A stretch of 64,000 nt of DNA, taken from an uncultured Verrucomicrobiaceae bacterium (GTDB lineage Bacteria > Pseudomonadota > Gammaproteobacteria > Pseudomonadales > CAMLJR01). The stretch spans positions 7,311 to 71,310 of the forward strand of contig CAYLRA010000011.1 in assembly GCA_964386045.1 (NCBI GenBank), given 5' to 3'. Position numbers and translations under genes: made by a program. The first letter of the stretch is position 1, and every line of letters begins with the position of its first letter. This document shows positions 9,994-21,919 of the stretch, piece after piece. The notes under the pieces were generated by a model. The model had not been told where the DNA came from. It made no database searches and saw only the letters and a program-made list of their open reading frames with translations.

Positions 9994-10586
9994 ATGACAG
10001 GCTGGGAGAGTCGGTCTCCGCTCTGGTCGATGGCGAAGCAAGCGAGCTGGAGTTGCGGCGACTGCTTGCCAACGATCGCTTCGATGAGGTTCGCAGGTTG
10101 TGGCAAGGTTTCCATCGTCTCGGCGATCGCGGTCCCGGCCTCGACACCCGGTTCGCGGCGATCGATCTTTCGGCGCGCGTGATGGCCGCGATCGATCAGG
10201 TCGAGCAGGAGCGTTCGCCGCGCTGGTGGCGACCGGTCGCCAGTGTCGCGGTGGCCGCGTCGGTGGCTGCGGTGGTGGCGGTGGGTGTGCGCAGTTTCGA
10301 TGGCGGCGGATTCAACGGAAATGGCGCCGAGATGCCGCTTCAGGTTGCCTCCGGCGCGGCGACCAAGGTTTTTCCTGCGACTTCAGCCTCTGGGGTTGCC
10401 AATGTCGCGGTCTCGGCGCAGGTCGCGCCTGGAGCAGCGGTAATGCGGCCGGTGGCGCTCGATGCCGATGAGCTGGCGCGGCAGCAGCTGGATCGCTACA
10501 TGCTGCGTCACACCGAGCGCGCCGCGCTGAGTGGCAATCAGGGTGTCGTCGGTTTTGCCCGGGTCACCCGCTTCGACAGTGAGTAG
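9990..10586 (+). CDS. rseA: anti-sigma-E factor RseA/MucA
   Basis: SALVDGEASELELRRLL N-terminal motif, ATGA overlap with the rpoE stop, central TM segment. Confidence 0.85.
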   Translation: MNDRLGESVSALVDGEASELELRRLLANDRFDEVRRLWQGFHRLGDRGPGLDTRFAAIDLSARVMAAIDQVEQERSPRWWRPVASVAVAASVAAVVAVGVRSFDGGGFNGNGAEMPLQVASGAATKVFPATSASGVANVAVSAQVAPGAAVMRPVALDADELARQQLDRYMLRHTERAALSGNQGVVGFARVTRFDSE

Positions 10587-10596
10587 TGTTCGTTCC

Positions 10597-11538
10597 ATGT
10601 CGCATCTGCGCGCAGTCCGGTTTCTGCTGATTGCCCTGTTCCTGCTGCCTGCGCTGGCTGTCGCTGCCGACAACGCCAGCGACGAGGCGGCGCAGTGGCT
10701 GGAGCGGCTGGCCAGCGCCGGCAGTGAGTTTGCCTATCGCGGCGTACTGGTCTTTGAGCGCGGAGACCACATCGAGTCGCTGCGCATCACCCACGGTTCG
10801 ATCGACGGCCGTCCCTATGACCACCTGGAGTATCTCGACGGCGATCGTCGTGAGGTGATTCGCACGGGTAGTTCGCTGGTCTGCGTCGATCCCGGTCAGC
10901 GCATCAATCGCCTGCTGCGTCAGCAGCAGCACAGCGGTGTGGCTGCGCTTGATGATCACTATCTGCTTCGCCTCGCCGGCGAAGGGCGTGTCGCGGGTCG
11001 TGAAACGGTGCTGCTGGAGCTGAGTCAGCGCGATGGTTTTCGTTACGGCTATCGCTTTGCGCTCGACCGCGTCACCGGGTTGCCACTGCGGTATGAGTTG
11101 ATCGATGAGGGCGAGCGTGTCCTCGAGCGCTTCCAGTTCACTGCGCTGGAGACCAGCAACGATCTTCGCCCGGAGTGGCGGCACCCCGGCAATCCCGAGG
11201 TGCCGGAGCCTGCGACATCGACCGTCGAACCCGCAATCCTGCCGGCGCGCTGGCAGCCGGTCTGGCTGCCGCCCGGTTTCTCGAAGGTGATCTCTGCCGA
11301 GAATGAGGACGCAGGCCAGACCTACAGCGATGGTCTCGCGATCCTGTCGATCTTCGTGGAAGAGGTCGAAGAGACTGGCAGTGCCGGTGGCAGCGCTCGT
11401 CAGGGGGCGACGGTAGCGCATACGGCGTCGTTGAGCCTCGGTGACAGGTCGTTCGTGGTGACGGTGATCGGTGAGGTGCCGTCGATCACCGCTCAGCGTG
11501 TTGCCGATGCGGTGGCATGGCGAGCGCCGGCATCATGA
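10597..11538 (+). CDS. rseB: sigma-E regulatory protein RseB/MucB
   Basis: Signal peptide MSHLRAVRFLLIALFLLPALAVA, then AAQWLERL...YRGVLVFERGDHIESLRITH. Position after rseA. Confidence 0.85.
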   Translation: MSHLRAVRFLLIALFLLPALAVAADNASDEAAQWLERLASAGSEFAYRGVLVFERGDHIESLRITHGSIDGRPYDHLEYLDGDRREVIRTGSSLVCVDPGQRINRLLRQQQHSGVAALDDHYLLRLAGEGRVAGRETVLLELSQRDGFRYGYRFALDRVTGLPLRYELIDEGERVLERFQFTALETSNDLRPEWRHPGNPEVPEPATSTVEPAILPARWQPVWLPPGFSKVISAENEDAGQTYSDGLAILSIFVEEVEETGSAGGSARQGATVAHTASLSLGDRSFVVTVIGEVPSITAQRVADAVAWRAPAS

Positions 11539-11999
11539 TGAGCGAGCGCGGGCGGGTGGTGGCGGTGGAGCCGGACGCAGTCTGGGTCGAAACCATTCGC
11601 CGCGGCAGCTGCCAGCGCTGCAGCGCGCGCAAGGGGTGCGGCCACGGTCTGCTCGAGAGCATGGGTGCCGGCCGTCCCAATCACGTGCGGGCGTTGCCGG
11701 GCGACTGTGATCCCGCCGACATCCAGGTCGATGACACGGTTGAAATCAGCGTGCCCGAGCAGGTCGTGCTGACGGGCATCGCCGTGGTCTACCTGCTGCC
11801 GCTGCTGAGCATGGTCGGCGGACTGCTGCTGGGCGGGCGCTGGGGTGACGCCGGCGCACTGGCCGGTGCGCTGCTCGGCCTGCTGGCCGGGCTCGGGCTG
11901 ACGCGCCTGCATGCGCGGCTGATCCGCAATGACCAGCGCTACCAGCCGGTGGTGGTGGCCTGCCATCCGGCGCTGGCTCCGCACTGTCCGAAACTTTGA
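11535..11999 (+). CDS. rseC: SoxR-reducing system protein RseC
   Basis: GRVVAVEPDAVWVETIRRGSCQRCSARKGCG, then two TM helices. Start overlaps the rseB stop (ATGATGA). Confidence 0.82.
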   Translation: MMSERGRVVAVEPDAVWVETIRRGSCQRCSARKGCGHGLLESMGAGRPNHVRALPGDCDPADIQVDDTVEISVPEQVVLTGIAVVYLLPLLSMVGGLLLGGRWGDAGALAGALLGLLAGLGLTRLHARLIRNDQRYQPVVVACHPALAPHCPKL

Positions 12000-12112
12000 C
12001 GCCCCCTCGGGCTCGCGCCCGACCTTCATAGCTTCGACCCCTCCCCTGGGCTACAATCGCCGCCTTTTCAGACGCCCCTCGTCCGCCGGGGCGCCTTCAG
12101 GCTGGTATCCGC

Positions 12113-13912
<1,800 letters not shown>

Positions 13913-13948
13913 GGACGAGCGGACCTTGTCCGTAAGGATTAAACAGAG

Positions 13949-15001
13949 ATGGTGAACTTGCTATTGATTGCGCTCTGCGCGCTGACACTGGTGGTGTGGC
14001 TGGTACAGGAGCTGTTCGGACGCGGCCAGCAGGAGCGGCGCGTGTTGCGGCAACTGGAGCAGGGCGGTGCGCTGACACTGGATGACGGCGGCGTCGAGCC
14101 GGGCTGGTCCGATTGGCTGTTTCGCGCACTGCTGTTGCTGTGGCTCGGCTGGCTGGTCGCCGCAGTGATGATCAAGGATGGCGATTTCGCGCTGGTGCTG
14201 GTGTTGTTGACGCTGCTCTCGGGGGTGGTCGTCGGTCTGGACCGCCTGCTGTTCGAGGCGCGCCGCCGCCGTTTCGCCGACAACCGCCCGGTTGCCGATT
14301 TCCTGCAGCGCTTCCCCGAGCCGCAGCGCGAGGAGACGCAGGTCAAGCTGGTCGGCGAGCGCGCCGTCGCCGAGTACAGCCGCTCCTTCTTCCCGGTGCT
14401 GGCGCTGGTGCTGGTGCTGCGTTCGTTCATCGTCGAGCCGTTCCAGATTCCGTCGTCGTCGATGGTGCCGACGCTGGAGGTGGGCGACTACATCCTGGTC
14501 AACAAGTTCGCCTACGGGCTGCGCCTGCCGGTGCTGCAGACCAAGATCCTCGAGGTCGGCGAGCCGCAGCGCGGCGACGTGATGGTCTTCTTCCCGCCCG
14601 ATGACAAGCGCTACTTCATCAAGCGATTGGTTGGGTTGCCCGGCGATCGGCTCGAGTATCGCGACAAGGTGCTCTACATCAACGGGGAGAAGGCGCCGCA
14701 GACGCTGCTTGCCGCGCTGCCGCCGGGGCGGCCGACGATCGAGATGGTGGCTGAGAGGCTCGGCGATCGCGAACACCTGATCCACAAGAGCACCCAGGGG
14801 GCCGGCAAGGAGGGGGCCTGGGTCGTGCAGCCGGGGCACTACTTCCTGATGGGCGACAATCGCGACAACAGCCACGATTCGCGTTACTGGGGTGCCCAGG
14901 TACCGGAGCGCAATATCGTCGGCAAGGCCTTTGCGATCTGGATGCACTGGGAGTCGTTCCGCGAGCTGCCGAGCTTCTCCCGGGCCGGTTCCATCAACTG
15001 A
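13949..15001 (+). CDS. lepB: signal peptidase I
   Basis: IPSSSMVPTL (catalytic Ser), GDNRDNSHDSRYWG box E, immediately after lepA. Confidence 0.93.
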   Translation: MVNLLLIALCALTLVVWLVQELFGRGQQERRVLRQLEQGGALTLDDGGVEPGWSDWLFRALLLLWLGWLVAAVMIKDGDFALVLVLLTLLSGVVVGLDRLLFEARRRRFADNRPVADFLQRFPEPQREETQVKLVGERAVAEYSRSFFPVLALVLVLRSFIVEPFQIPSSSMVPTLEVGDYILVNKFAYGLRLPVLQTKILEVGEPQRGDVMVFFPPDDKRYFIKRLVGLPGDRLEYRDKVLYINGEKAPQTLLAALPPGRPTIEMVAERLGDREHLIHKSTQGAGKEGAWVVQPGHYFLMGDNRDNSHDSRYWGAQVPERNIVGKAFAIWMHWESFRELPSFSRAGSIN

Positions 15002-15080
15002 TGGCTGGGGGTGGCGGCTGACGAGGCCCGACTCCCGGTCATGAGCTAACCTCTAGCGCGTCAAATTCCAATTTGAGGAG

Positions 15081-15461
15081 ATGATCATGCGTTTGCGTTC
15101 ACGGCAGGGCGGTCTGGGTGCGCTGGGCTGGCTGGTGGTGCTGGGCGTTGCCGCTTTTTTCCTGTTGTGCGCCTTCAGGGTGGGCCCGATCTATCTGGAG
15201 CAGATGCAGGTGAAGGCGGTGCTCGATGAGGCGTTTGCATCGACGCGAGGTGGCATGTCGCGGCACGAACTGCTGGAGTCGATCCGCAAGCGTTTCGAGG
15301 TGAACGGGATCGAGGTGCTGTCGACGCGTGACATCAAGTTCGTTGAGTCGCGCGAAGGGATAACCGTCGACTGCAACTATGAAAAGCGCGTGCCGCTGAT
15401 CGCCAATATCGACGTCGTCGTCAAGTTCGACAACCTCAAGTACACGCTGCCTCCCCGCTGA
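15081..15461 (+). CDS. DUF4845-like small membrane-anchored protein
   Basis: N-terminal TM segment ([20 protein letters not shown]) and the conserved position between lepB and rnc seen in pseudomonads. Confidence 0.6.
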   Translation: MIMRLRSRQGGLGALGWLVVLGVAAFFLLCAFRVGPIYLEQMQVKAVLDEAFASTRGGMSRHELLESIRKRFEVNGIEVLSTRDIKFVESREGITVDCNYEKRVPLIANIDVVVKFDNLKYTLPPR

Positions 15462-16147
15462 TGCCCACCTCCGTCGCCAAGCCACTGCTCGCCCGCCGCC
15501 TCGGTTACGAGTTCCGCGATTTCAACCTGGCCGAGCAGGCGCTGACCCACCGTTCGTTCGGCAGCACGCACAACGAGCGGTTCGAATTCCTCGGCGACTC
15601 GCTGCTCAACTTCCTCATCGCCGAAGCGCTGTTCCAGCGCTTCCCGACGGTGCGCGAGGGCGATCTGAGCCGGATGCGGGCGAAGCTGGTGAAGGGGGAG
15701 ACACTGGCCGAGATCGCCCGCGAGTTCGATCTCGGCGAGTGGCTCAATCTCGGCCCGGGCGAACTGAAGAGCGGTGGCCACCGCCGCGAGTCGATTCTCG
15801 CTGACGCGCTGGAAGCGCTGATCGGTGCCATCTATCTCGATAGCGGTATCGAACACTGTCGCGAGCGGGTACTGGCCTGGTTCGGTCCCCGCCTGCACGC
15901 CGTGAGCCCCGGCGAAGTCAACAAGGATCCGAAGACGCGGCTGCAGGAGTTGCTGCAGGCGCGGCAGCGGCCGCTGCCGATCTACCACCTTGTCGACACC
16001 CTGGGTGAGGCGCACAGTCAGCAGTTCGCGATCGAGTGCGAGCTGGTGTCGCTGGGGCTGCGCTTTTCCGGCACCGGCAACAGTCGCCGCAGTGCCGAAC
16101 AGACCGCCGCACAGGCGGCCATCGACCATCTGCAGTCGCGCTCGTGA
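15461..16147 (+). CDS. rnc: ribonuclease III
   Basis: [21 protein letters not shown] RNase III signature, C-terminal dsRBD. Confidence 0.95.
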   Translation: MPTSVAKPLLARRLGYEFRDFNLAEQALTHRSFGSTHNERFEFLGDSLLNFLIAEALFQRFPTVREGDLSRMRAKLVKGETLAEIAREFDLGEWLNLGPGELKSGGHRRESILADALEALIGAIYLDSGIEHCRERVLAWFGPRLHAVSPGEVNKDPKTRLQELLQARQRPLPIYHLVDTLGEAHSQQFAIECELVSLGLRFSGTGNSRRSAEQTAAQAAIDHLQSRS

Positions 16148-16190
16148 GGGCGTCCCTGCTTCCACTCCGCATTCCGGCGAGGTACCTGCC

Positions 16191-17129
16191 ATGAGCGACG
16201 ATGCCGGCTCCGACCAGCGCGACGCCGAACCCTCCGTCTCGACGCGCTGCGGCTATGTCGCGCTGGTGGGGCGTCCCAATGTCGGCAAGTCGACGCTGCT
16301 GAACCATCTGCTCGGGCAGAAGATCAGCATCACCTCGCGCAAGCCGCAGACCACCCGCCATCGCGTGCTCGGCATCAAGACCGAGGGTGATACACAGATC
16401 ATCTACGTCGATACGCCCGGGTTGCATCGCAGTGAACCGAAGGCGATCAACCGCCTGATGAACCAGGCGGCGAGCCAGGCGATCCAGGATGTCGACCTGG
16501 TGCTGTTCGTGGTCGATCGCACGCGCTGGACCGACGGTGACGAGTGGGTGCTGCAGAAGCTGCGCGGCGCCCACTGCCCGGTGATGCTGGTGGTCAACAA
16601 GGTCGATCTGCAGGAGGAGAAGGCGCAGCTGTTGCCGTTCATGCAGAAGCTGGGTGAGCAGTTCCCGTTCGCCGAGTTTTTTCCGCTGTCGGCGCTGCGC
16701 GGCCACAACCTCGATGCGCTGGAGACGGCGATCCGCAAATATTTGCCGCACAACGCCTTCTTCTATGACGAGGAGCAGATCACCGATCGCAGCGAACGTT
16801 TTCTTGTGGCCGAACTGGTGCGCGAGAAGATCATGCGTCAGCTCGGTGACGAGGTGCCCTATTCGATGGCCGTCGAGATCGAGTCGTTCAAGCGCGAGGG
16901 ACGCGCGCTGCATATCCACGCGCTGATCCTGGTCGAGCGCGAAGGGCAGAAGAAGATCGTCATCGGCACCGGCGGCGAGCGGCTGAAGCTGATCGGCGAA
17001 GAGGCGCGCAAGGACATCGAGAAGCTGCTCGACAGCAAGGTGATGCTGAAGCTGTGGGTCAAGGTCAAATCGGGTTGGTCCGACGACGAGCGCGCGCTGC
17101 GCAGTCTCGGCTACGACGACCGTACCTGA
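16191..17129 (+). CDS. era: GTPase Era
   Basis: [19 protein letters not shown]-loop, DTPG, NKVD, C-terminal KH domain. ATG at 16191 lies within track ORF 15990..17129. Confidence 0.95.
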   Translation: MSDDAGSDQRDAEPSVSTRCGYVALVGRPNVGKSTLLNHLLGQKISITSRKPQTTRHRVLGIKTEGDTQIIYVDTPGLHRSEPKAINRLMNQAASQAIQDVDLVLFVVDRTRWTDGDEWVLQKLRGAHCPVMLVVNKVDLQEEKAQLLPFMQKLGEQFPFAEFFPLSALRGHNLDALETAIRKYLPHNAFFYDEEQITDRSERFLVAELVREKIMRQLGDEVPYSMAVEIESFKREGRALHIHALILVEREGQKKIVIGTGGERLKLIGEEARKDIEKLLDSKVMLKLWVKVKSGWSDDERALRSLGYDDRT

Positions 17130-17136
17130 CGCCGGC

Positions 17137-17832
17137 GTGGAGACGCTGCACCCCGCCTTCCTGTTGCACACCCGCGACTTTCGCGACACCAGCCTGTTGA
17201 TCGAACTGTTCACCCCCGAGGCCGGGCGCATCGGTGCGGTGGCGCGCGGCGTGCGCGGACAACGCCGCGGCACGAGCCAGCGCGCGCTGCTGCAGCCACT
17301 GGTGCCACTCTGGGTCAGCTGGGGCGGACGCGGCGAACTGAAGAACCTGCAACAGATCGAGGCGCGCGCACCGATGCTGGCGCTGCGGGGACCGGCGTTG
17401 TTCAGTGTGCTCTATCTCAACGAACTGCTCTGTCGGCTGCTGCCGCGCGACGATCCCCACCCCGACCTGTTCGGCGACTACGAGGCTGCGCTCGCTGCGC
17501 TGGCGGTTGCCATCCATATCGATCTGCCGCTGCGCCGTTTCGAATTGCGACTGCTGGAGTCGCTCGGTTATGGCATCGACCTGCAGGTCGATGCCGACGG
17601 TGAGCCGCTGAGCGGCGATGGCTGGTACCGATTCGACGCGGGTGTGGGGCTGCGCCGTTTGCCGGCACCCGCCGCGGGTGCATTGGCGGGGAGTGAACTG
17701 CTGGCGTTCGACGTGGCCGCGGAAAGCAGCAGTGAAGCGGCTCGGCGCTGCCTGAAACGGTTGTGCCGACAAGCGCTGCAGCCGCACCTCGGCGAGCGAC
17801 CGTTGAAGAGCCGTCAGCTGTTCTTCACATGA
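17137..17832 (+). CDS. recO: DNA repair protein RecO
   Basis: AFLLHTRDFRDTSLLIELFTPEAGRIGAVARGVR is a typical RecO N-terminus. Follows era. GTG start. Confidence 0.9.
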   Translation: METLHPAFLLHTRDFRDTSLLIELFTPEAGRIGAVARGVRGQRRGTSQRALLQPLVPLWVSWGGRGELKNLQQIEARAPMLALRGPALFSVLYLNELLCRLLPRDDPHPDLFGDYEAALAALAVAIHIDLPLRRFELRLLESLGYGIDLQVDADGEPLSGDGWYRFDAGVGLRRLPAPAAGALAGSELLAFDVAAESSSEAARRCLKRLCRQALQPHLGERPLKSRQLFFT

Positions 17833-17937
17833 GCCGTCAGCTGTTTTCTTCTTGAGGAGCCTTCAGCGGTTTTTTCTTGAAGAACCGTCAGCGGTTTTTT
17901 TGTTGAAGAGCTCGTCGACAGCTCGCTGTGTGTTGAA
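17804..17937. repeat. Tandem array of about five degenerate ~26-nt units (TTGAAGAGCCGTCAGCKGTTTTTYY) that begins in the last codons of recO
   Basis: Read directly: ttgaagagccgtcagctgttcttcaca / tgagccgtcagctgttttcttc / ttgaggagccttcagcggttttttc / ttgaagaaccgtcagcggtttttttg / ttgaagagctcgtcgacagctcg. Several units form a short hairpin followed by a T-run. The array fills the recO-gacS convergent spacer. Confidence 0.8.
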
Positions 17938-17946
17938 TCTCGCCGG

Positions 17947-20700
17947 TTACGCTTCGCTGGTGTCGAACAGGCTGCTCAGGTCGTGTTGGCCGCGCCAGGC
18001 GATCAGTTCGTCGATGGCGGCGATCAGTGCCTGCGTGGCAGTAGTCACTTCGCCCCGGTTCTCCTCCGGTCTGCGTTTCAGCAAGCCCTCCAGTGCGTCA
18101 GCGCGATGCTGCAATCGCGGTACGCCGCTGTAGCAACAGATGCCGTGCAATTTGTGGGTGCTGTCGAGCAGCTCGGCGAAATCACCCTGTTCAAGTTGCA
18201 TGGCCAGTTGCCGCGACAGTGTCGGCAGGGTGTCGAGCAGGCCGTCGAGCAGCTCGCGGGCCAGATCCGGTTTGCGTTGTGCCCGCTGCAGGCAGAGCGC
18301 CAGCTCGACCGGGCGCTCCAGCGATGCATCCTCGGCGGCGGCGGGTAGTGACTGCGGCAGCTCGCGATTGAGTAGCTGGGTCAGCTGTTCTTCGGTGATC
18401 GGTTTGGTCAGACAGAGGTCGAAGCCGGCCGCCAGCAGCTGGCGCTGCTCTTCGGGCAGCAGGTGGGCGGTCAGCGCGACGATGCGGCAGTCGCGATTCT
18501 GGTTGCCGCCGCCGCGAATCAGCTGCATTACCTGCAGGCCGTTCAGCTCCGGCATCTGGATATCCATCAGGATCAGGTCGAAGCGTTGTCGATCACAGAG
18601 GCCGAGCGCCTGGCGGCCGCTGCCGACCAGATGGGGCAGGGCGCCCAGCTCTTCAAGCAGCACGCCCAGCAGTTTCAGATTGATCGGATTGTCATCGACC
18701 GCCAGCACCTGTTGCGCACCGTAGTGCGGTGGCGGCGGTTCGCCGATCCGCGTGCTCGGCGCGGCGCGTGCGGCCAGTGCATCGCAGAGGCTGTCGTAGA
18801 GCGGCAGGTGGCCGACGGGTTTGGCCAGCAGCCGGTAATCCGGTGGCAGGTTGCCGGGCGTCAGCAGGCCGGGCAACAGCAGCCAGGTCGGTCGCGACGG
18901 CGGCGGCAGTTGATCGAGCCGAGCTTCGTCCAGCGCCTGCTGGGTCAGGCTGATGATGCAGCCGTCGAATTCGCCATCGTGCTGCAACCGCTGCAGCAAG
19001 GTCTCCCAGTCATCGCAGGGGGTCACCGTCGCGCCCCAGGCTTCGAGCTGCCGGGCCAGCGCCAGCTGTGACAGCGGGCTGCCGTCGTGCAGCAGCAGTT
19101 GTCGCCTGGCCAACTGGTCGAAGCTGCGCGCCTCGAGCGGGTTGGGCTGGCGCCGCAGCCGCAACGATACCCAGAAGGTCGAGCCCTGGCCGGGCTGGCT
19201 GTCGAGGCCGATCTCCCCGCCCATCTGCTCCACCAGTCGCTTGCTGATGGCGAGCCCGAGGCCGGTGCCGCCGAACAGCCGCGAGGTCGATGCGTCGGCC
19301 TGCGCGAACGCCTTGAACAGCTGGCGCTGCTGCGCTTCGGTCAGGCCGATACCGGTGTCGCTGACGCTGATCCGCAACGGGATGCGCACGCCGACATCCC
19401 CGGTCAGCGAGACGCGCACGACGATGTGGCCGCTGGCGGTGAACTTGATGCCGTTGCTGATCAGGTTGGTGAGGATCTGGCGCAGCCGCAACGGATCACC
19501 GACCAGGTTTGGCGGTACCTCGCCGTCGTAGAGCAGCACCAGGTCGAGTCCCTTCTCGTGGGCGCTTGGCGCCAGCATCGCCAGCGTCTCCTCGATCAGG
19601 TCGCGCAGGTTCAGCGGCACGTTGTCGAGCACCAGCTTGCCCGCTTCGATCTTCGAGAAGTCGAGGATGTCGTTGATGATGGTCAGCAGGTTTTCGGCCG
19701 AGTAGCGGATCGTCTCCAGGTACTCGCGCTGGCGGGCGTCGAGGCTGCTTTTCAGCAGCAGCTTGGTGAAGCCGATGATGCCGTTCAGCGGCGTGCGCAG
19801 CTCATGGCTGGTATTGGCGAGGAACTCCGACTTGATGCGGCTCGCCTCCAGCGCCTCGCGCCGCGCCAGGTCGAGCTCGATGTTCTGGATCTCGACCGTA
19901 TCGAGCGATTCGCGCAGATCCCGGTTGCTCTGTTCGAGGTTGCGCTGGAATTCGATGAAGTCGTTCTGCACCTTGCGCGCCAGCGCGTTGATCTCCTCCG
20001 CGAGTGGCACCAGCTCACTGCCGCCGTGCAGACGAATCGGCGTATCGAAGCGACCGGCGTAGAGCCGTTCGAGGCCGTCGCGCAAGGCATCGACATCGCG
20101 TGCCAGGCGGCGACTGGCGTAGACCGCGGTCGCCGCGGCGGCGATCACCGCCAGCAGCGTCAACAGGCCGGCTACCAGCATCGACTCGTAGCGCTGCAGC
20201 TCGTAGGGGTGGCGTGAATACTCCAGCGCCACCCAGCCGAGCGGTTCATGGCGAGCAGTCGCGGTGGCATCGTCCGGTCGTGCACCGAGGCTGACGGCGT
20301 AGTAGTCGGCAGGGTAGACCGGCTGCACGAAGCGCAGGTGGTCGTCGAGGCGGCGCACCGTTCGCGCCGTGTCGAGCTCCGCGGTGTCGAGTTCCCGCAG
20401 TCGCGGCCCGGCATGGCCCAGCACGCTGCCATCGGCGGCAAACAGTGCGGCGGCGCGCACGCCGCGCTCCTCCAGCGCCAGCGCCGCCAGCTCCTGCAGC
20501 AGGGCGGCGTCGGCCTGCTCCAGCGGAGCGCGCATCGCCACTGCCAGTTGCTGCGCGGCAGCACTGCCGCGCTCCTGCAGCAGTCGTTCGATGTCATGGC
20601 CGCGCGCGCTGCCCAGATAGAGGCCGAGACCGATGGTGATCAGCAGCGATGGAATCAGCGCCGTGGCGATGACCAGCAGTTTCAGATCGCGATTTTGCAT
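17947..20700 (-). CDS. gacS: hybrid sensor histidine kinase/response regulator with Hpt domain (GacS/BarA type)
   Basis: Two N-terminal TM segments, HAMP, H-box SEFLANTSHELRTPLN, N/G boxes (GTGLGLAISKRL), receiver domain (DLILMDIQMP), C-terminal Hpt (HKLHGICCYSG). 917 aa from the ATG at 20700. Divergent from cysM as in Pseudomonas. Confidence 0.9.
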   Translation of the reverse strand: MQNRDLKLLVIATALIPSLLITIGLGLYLGSARGHDIERLLQERGSAAAQQLAVAMRAPLEQADAALLQELAALALEERGVRAAALFAADGSVLGHAGPRLRELDTAELDTARTVRRLDDHLRFVQPVYPADYYAVSLGARPDDATATARHEPLGWVALEYSRHPYELQRYESMLVAGLLTLLAVIAAAATAVYASRRLARDVDALRDGLERLYAGRFDTPIRLHGGSELVPLAEEINALARKVQNDFIEFQRNLEQSNRDLRESLDTVEIQNIELDLARREALEASRIKSEFLANTSHELRTPLNGIIGFTKLLLKSSLDARQREYLETIRYSAENLLTIINDILDFSKIEAGKLVLDNVPLNLRDLIEETLAMLAPSAHEKGLDLVLLYDGEVPPNLVGDPLRLRQILTNLISNGIKFTASGHIVVRVSLTGDVGVRIPLRISVSDTGIGLTEAQQRQLFKAFAQADASTSRLFGGTGLGLAISKRLVEQMGGEIGLDSQPGQGSTFWVSLRLRRQPNPLEARSFDQLARRQLLLHDGSPLSQLALARQLEAWGATVTPCDDWETLLQRLQHDGEFDGCIISLTQQALDEARLDQLPPPSRPTWLLLPGLLTPGNLPPDYRLLAKPVGHLPLYDSLCDALAARAAPSTRIGEPPPPHYGAQQVLAVDDNPINLKLLGVLLEELGALPHLVGSGRQALGLCDRQRFDLILMDIQMPELNGLQVMQLIRGGGNQNRDCRIVALTAHLLPEEQRQLLAAGFDLCLTKPITEEQLTQLLNRELPQSLPAAAEDASLERPVELALCLQRAQRKPDLARELLDGLLDTLPTLSRQLAMQLEQGDFAELLDSTHKLHGICCYSGVPRLQHRADALEGLLKRRPEENRGEVTTATQALIAAIDELIAWRGQHDLSSLFDTSEA

Positions 20701-20870
20701 CCAGGGCCTGCGGGTGCCTGCGTCGGAGCGGTTATTATCGGTGCCCCCGGTGACGGTCGCCACCGCCGGTGGTCGGCGCGCTGCCCGTTTCGGTTGCGCT
20801 GCGGCCATCGGACCTGTGTGGCCGCACCGGGGTCGCCACGCCTCACACCCGTTTGCCCGGATCCCGATCG

Positions 20871-21833
20871 ATGACTGTTTCCCGTGACCCTCGTTCAGCT
20901 GACCGCCGCGCCGGCCTCGATCTTCCCATCGTCGACCACTGGCCAACCATCGAAAGCCTGATCGGCGAGACACCGCTGGTGCGGCTGCAGCGCCTGCCGG
21001 GCCAGACCAGCAATGTCGTGCTGGTGAAACTGGAGGGCAACAATCCCGCCGGCTCGGTCAAGGATCGACCGGCGCTGTCGATGATCCGCAACGCCGAGCT
21101 GCGCGGCGAGATCCGCCCCGGCGACACGCTGATCGAGGCGACCAGCGGCAACACCGGCATCGCGCTGGCCATGGTGGCGGCGATCATGGGTTACCGCATG
21201 GTGCTGATCATGCCGTCGCACATGAGCGACGAGCGCAAGCTGGCGATGGCGGCCTACGGTGCCGAGCTGATCGAGGTGAGTCGGGAAGCGGGGATGGAGG
21301 GCGCGCGCGACCTGGCGCTGAAGATGCAGGCGGAGGGTAAAGGCAAGGTGCTCGACCAGTTCGCCAATCCCGACAATCCACGTGCGCACTACGAGGGAAC
21401 GGGTCCGGAGATCTGGCGTCAAACCGGCGGCCGCGTCACCCACTTCGTCAGCTCGATGGGCACCACCGGCACCATCATGGGGACGTCGCGCTACCTTAAG
21501 GAGCGCAACCCGGCGATCGAAATCGTCGGCCTGCAGCCGCAGGACGGTTCCAGCATCCCCGGCATCCGGCGCTGGCCCGAGGCCTACCTGCCGAAGATAT
21601 TCGAGCGCCAGCGCGTCGACCGCATCATCGACGTCGACCAGCAGGCGGCGGAGTGGACGATGCGCGAGCTGGCGATGCGCGAGGGCATCCTGTGCGGCGT
21701 CTCCTCCGGTGGCGCGGTGGCCGGCGCGCTGCGGATCAGCGCCGAGGTCGAGAACGCGGTGATCGTCGCCATCATCTGCGACCGCGGCGACCGCTATCTC
21801 TCCACCGGCGTGTTCGACCCGACGCCGAACTAG
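20871..21833 (+). CDS. cysM: cysteine synthase B
   Basis: TPLVRLQRL...KLEGNNPAGSVKDRPA (CysM-type PLP lysine motif). An N-terminal extension makes the start uncertain. Confidence 0.88.
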   Translation: MTVSRDPRSADRRAGLDLPIVDHWPTIESLIGETPLVRLQRLPGQTSNVVLVKLEGNNPAGSVKDRPALSMIRNAELRGEIRPGDTLIEATSGNTGIALAMVAAIMGYRMVLIMPSHMSDERKLAMAAYGAELIEVSREAGMEGARDLALKMQAEGKGKVLDQFANPDNPRAHYEGTGPEIWRQTGGRVTHFVSSMGTTGTIMGTSRYLKERNPAIEIVGLQPQDGSSIPGIRRWPEAYLPKIFERQRVDRIIDVDQQAAEWTMRELAMREGILCGVSSGGAVAGALRISAEVENAVIVAIICDRGDRYLSTGVFDPTPN

Positions 21834-21919
21834 CCGCGCGAGCCGGAACGCTGCCGCGCGCGACGAATCACCGAGGACCGCGCCGGGCGCGGCCCGCGAC
21901 AGAGGGAACGGAACGACAG

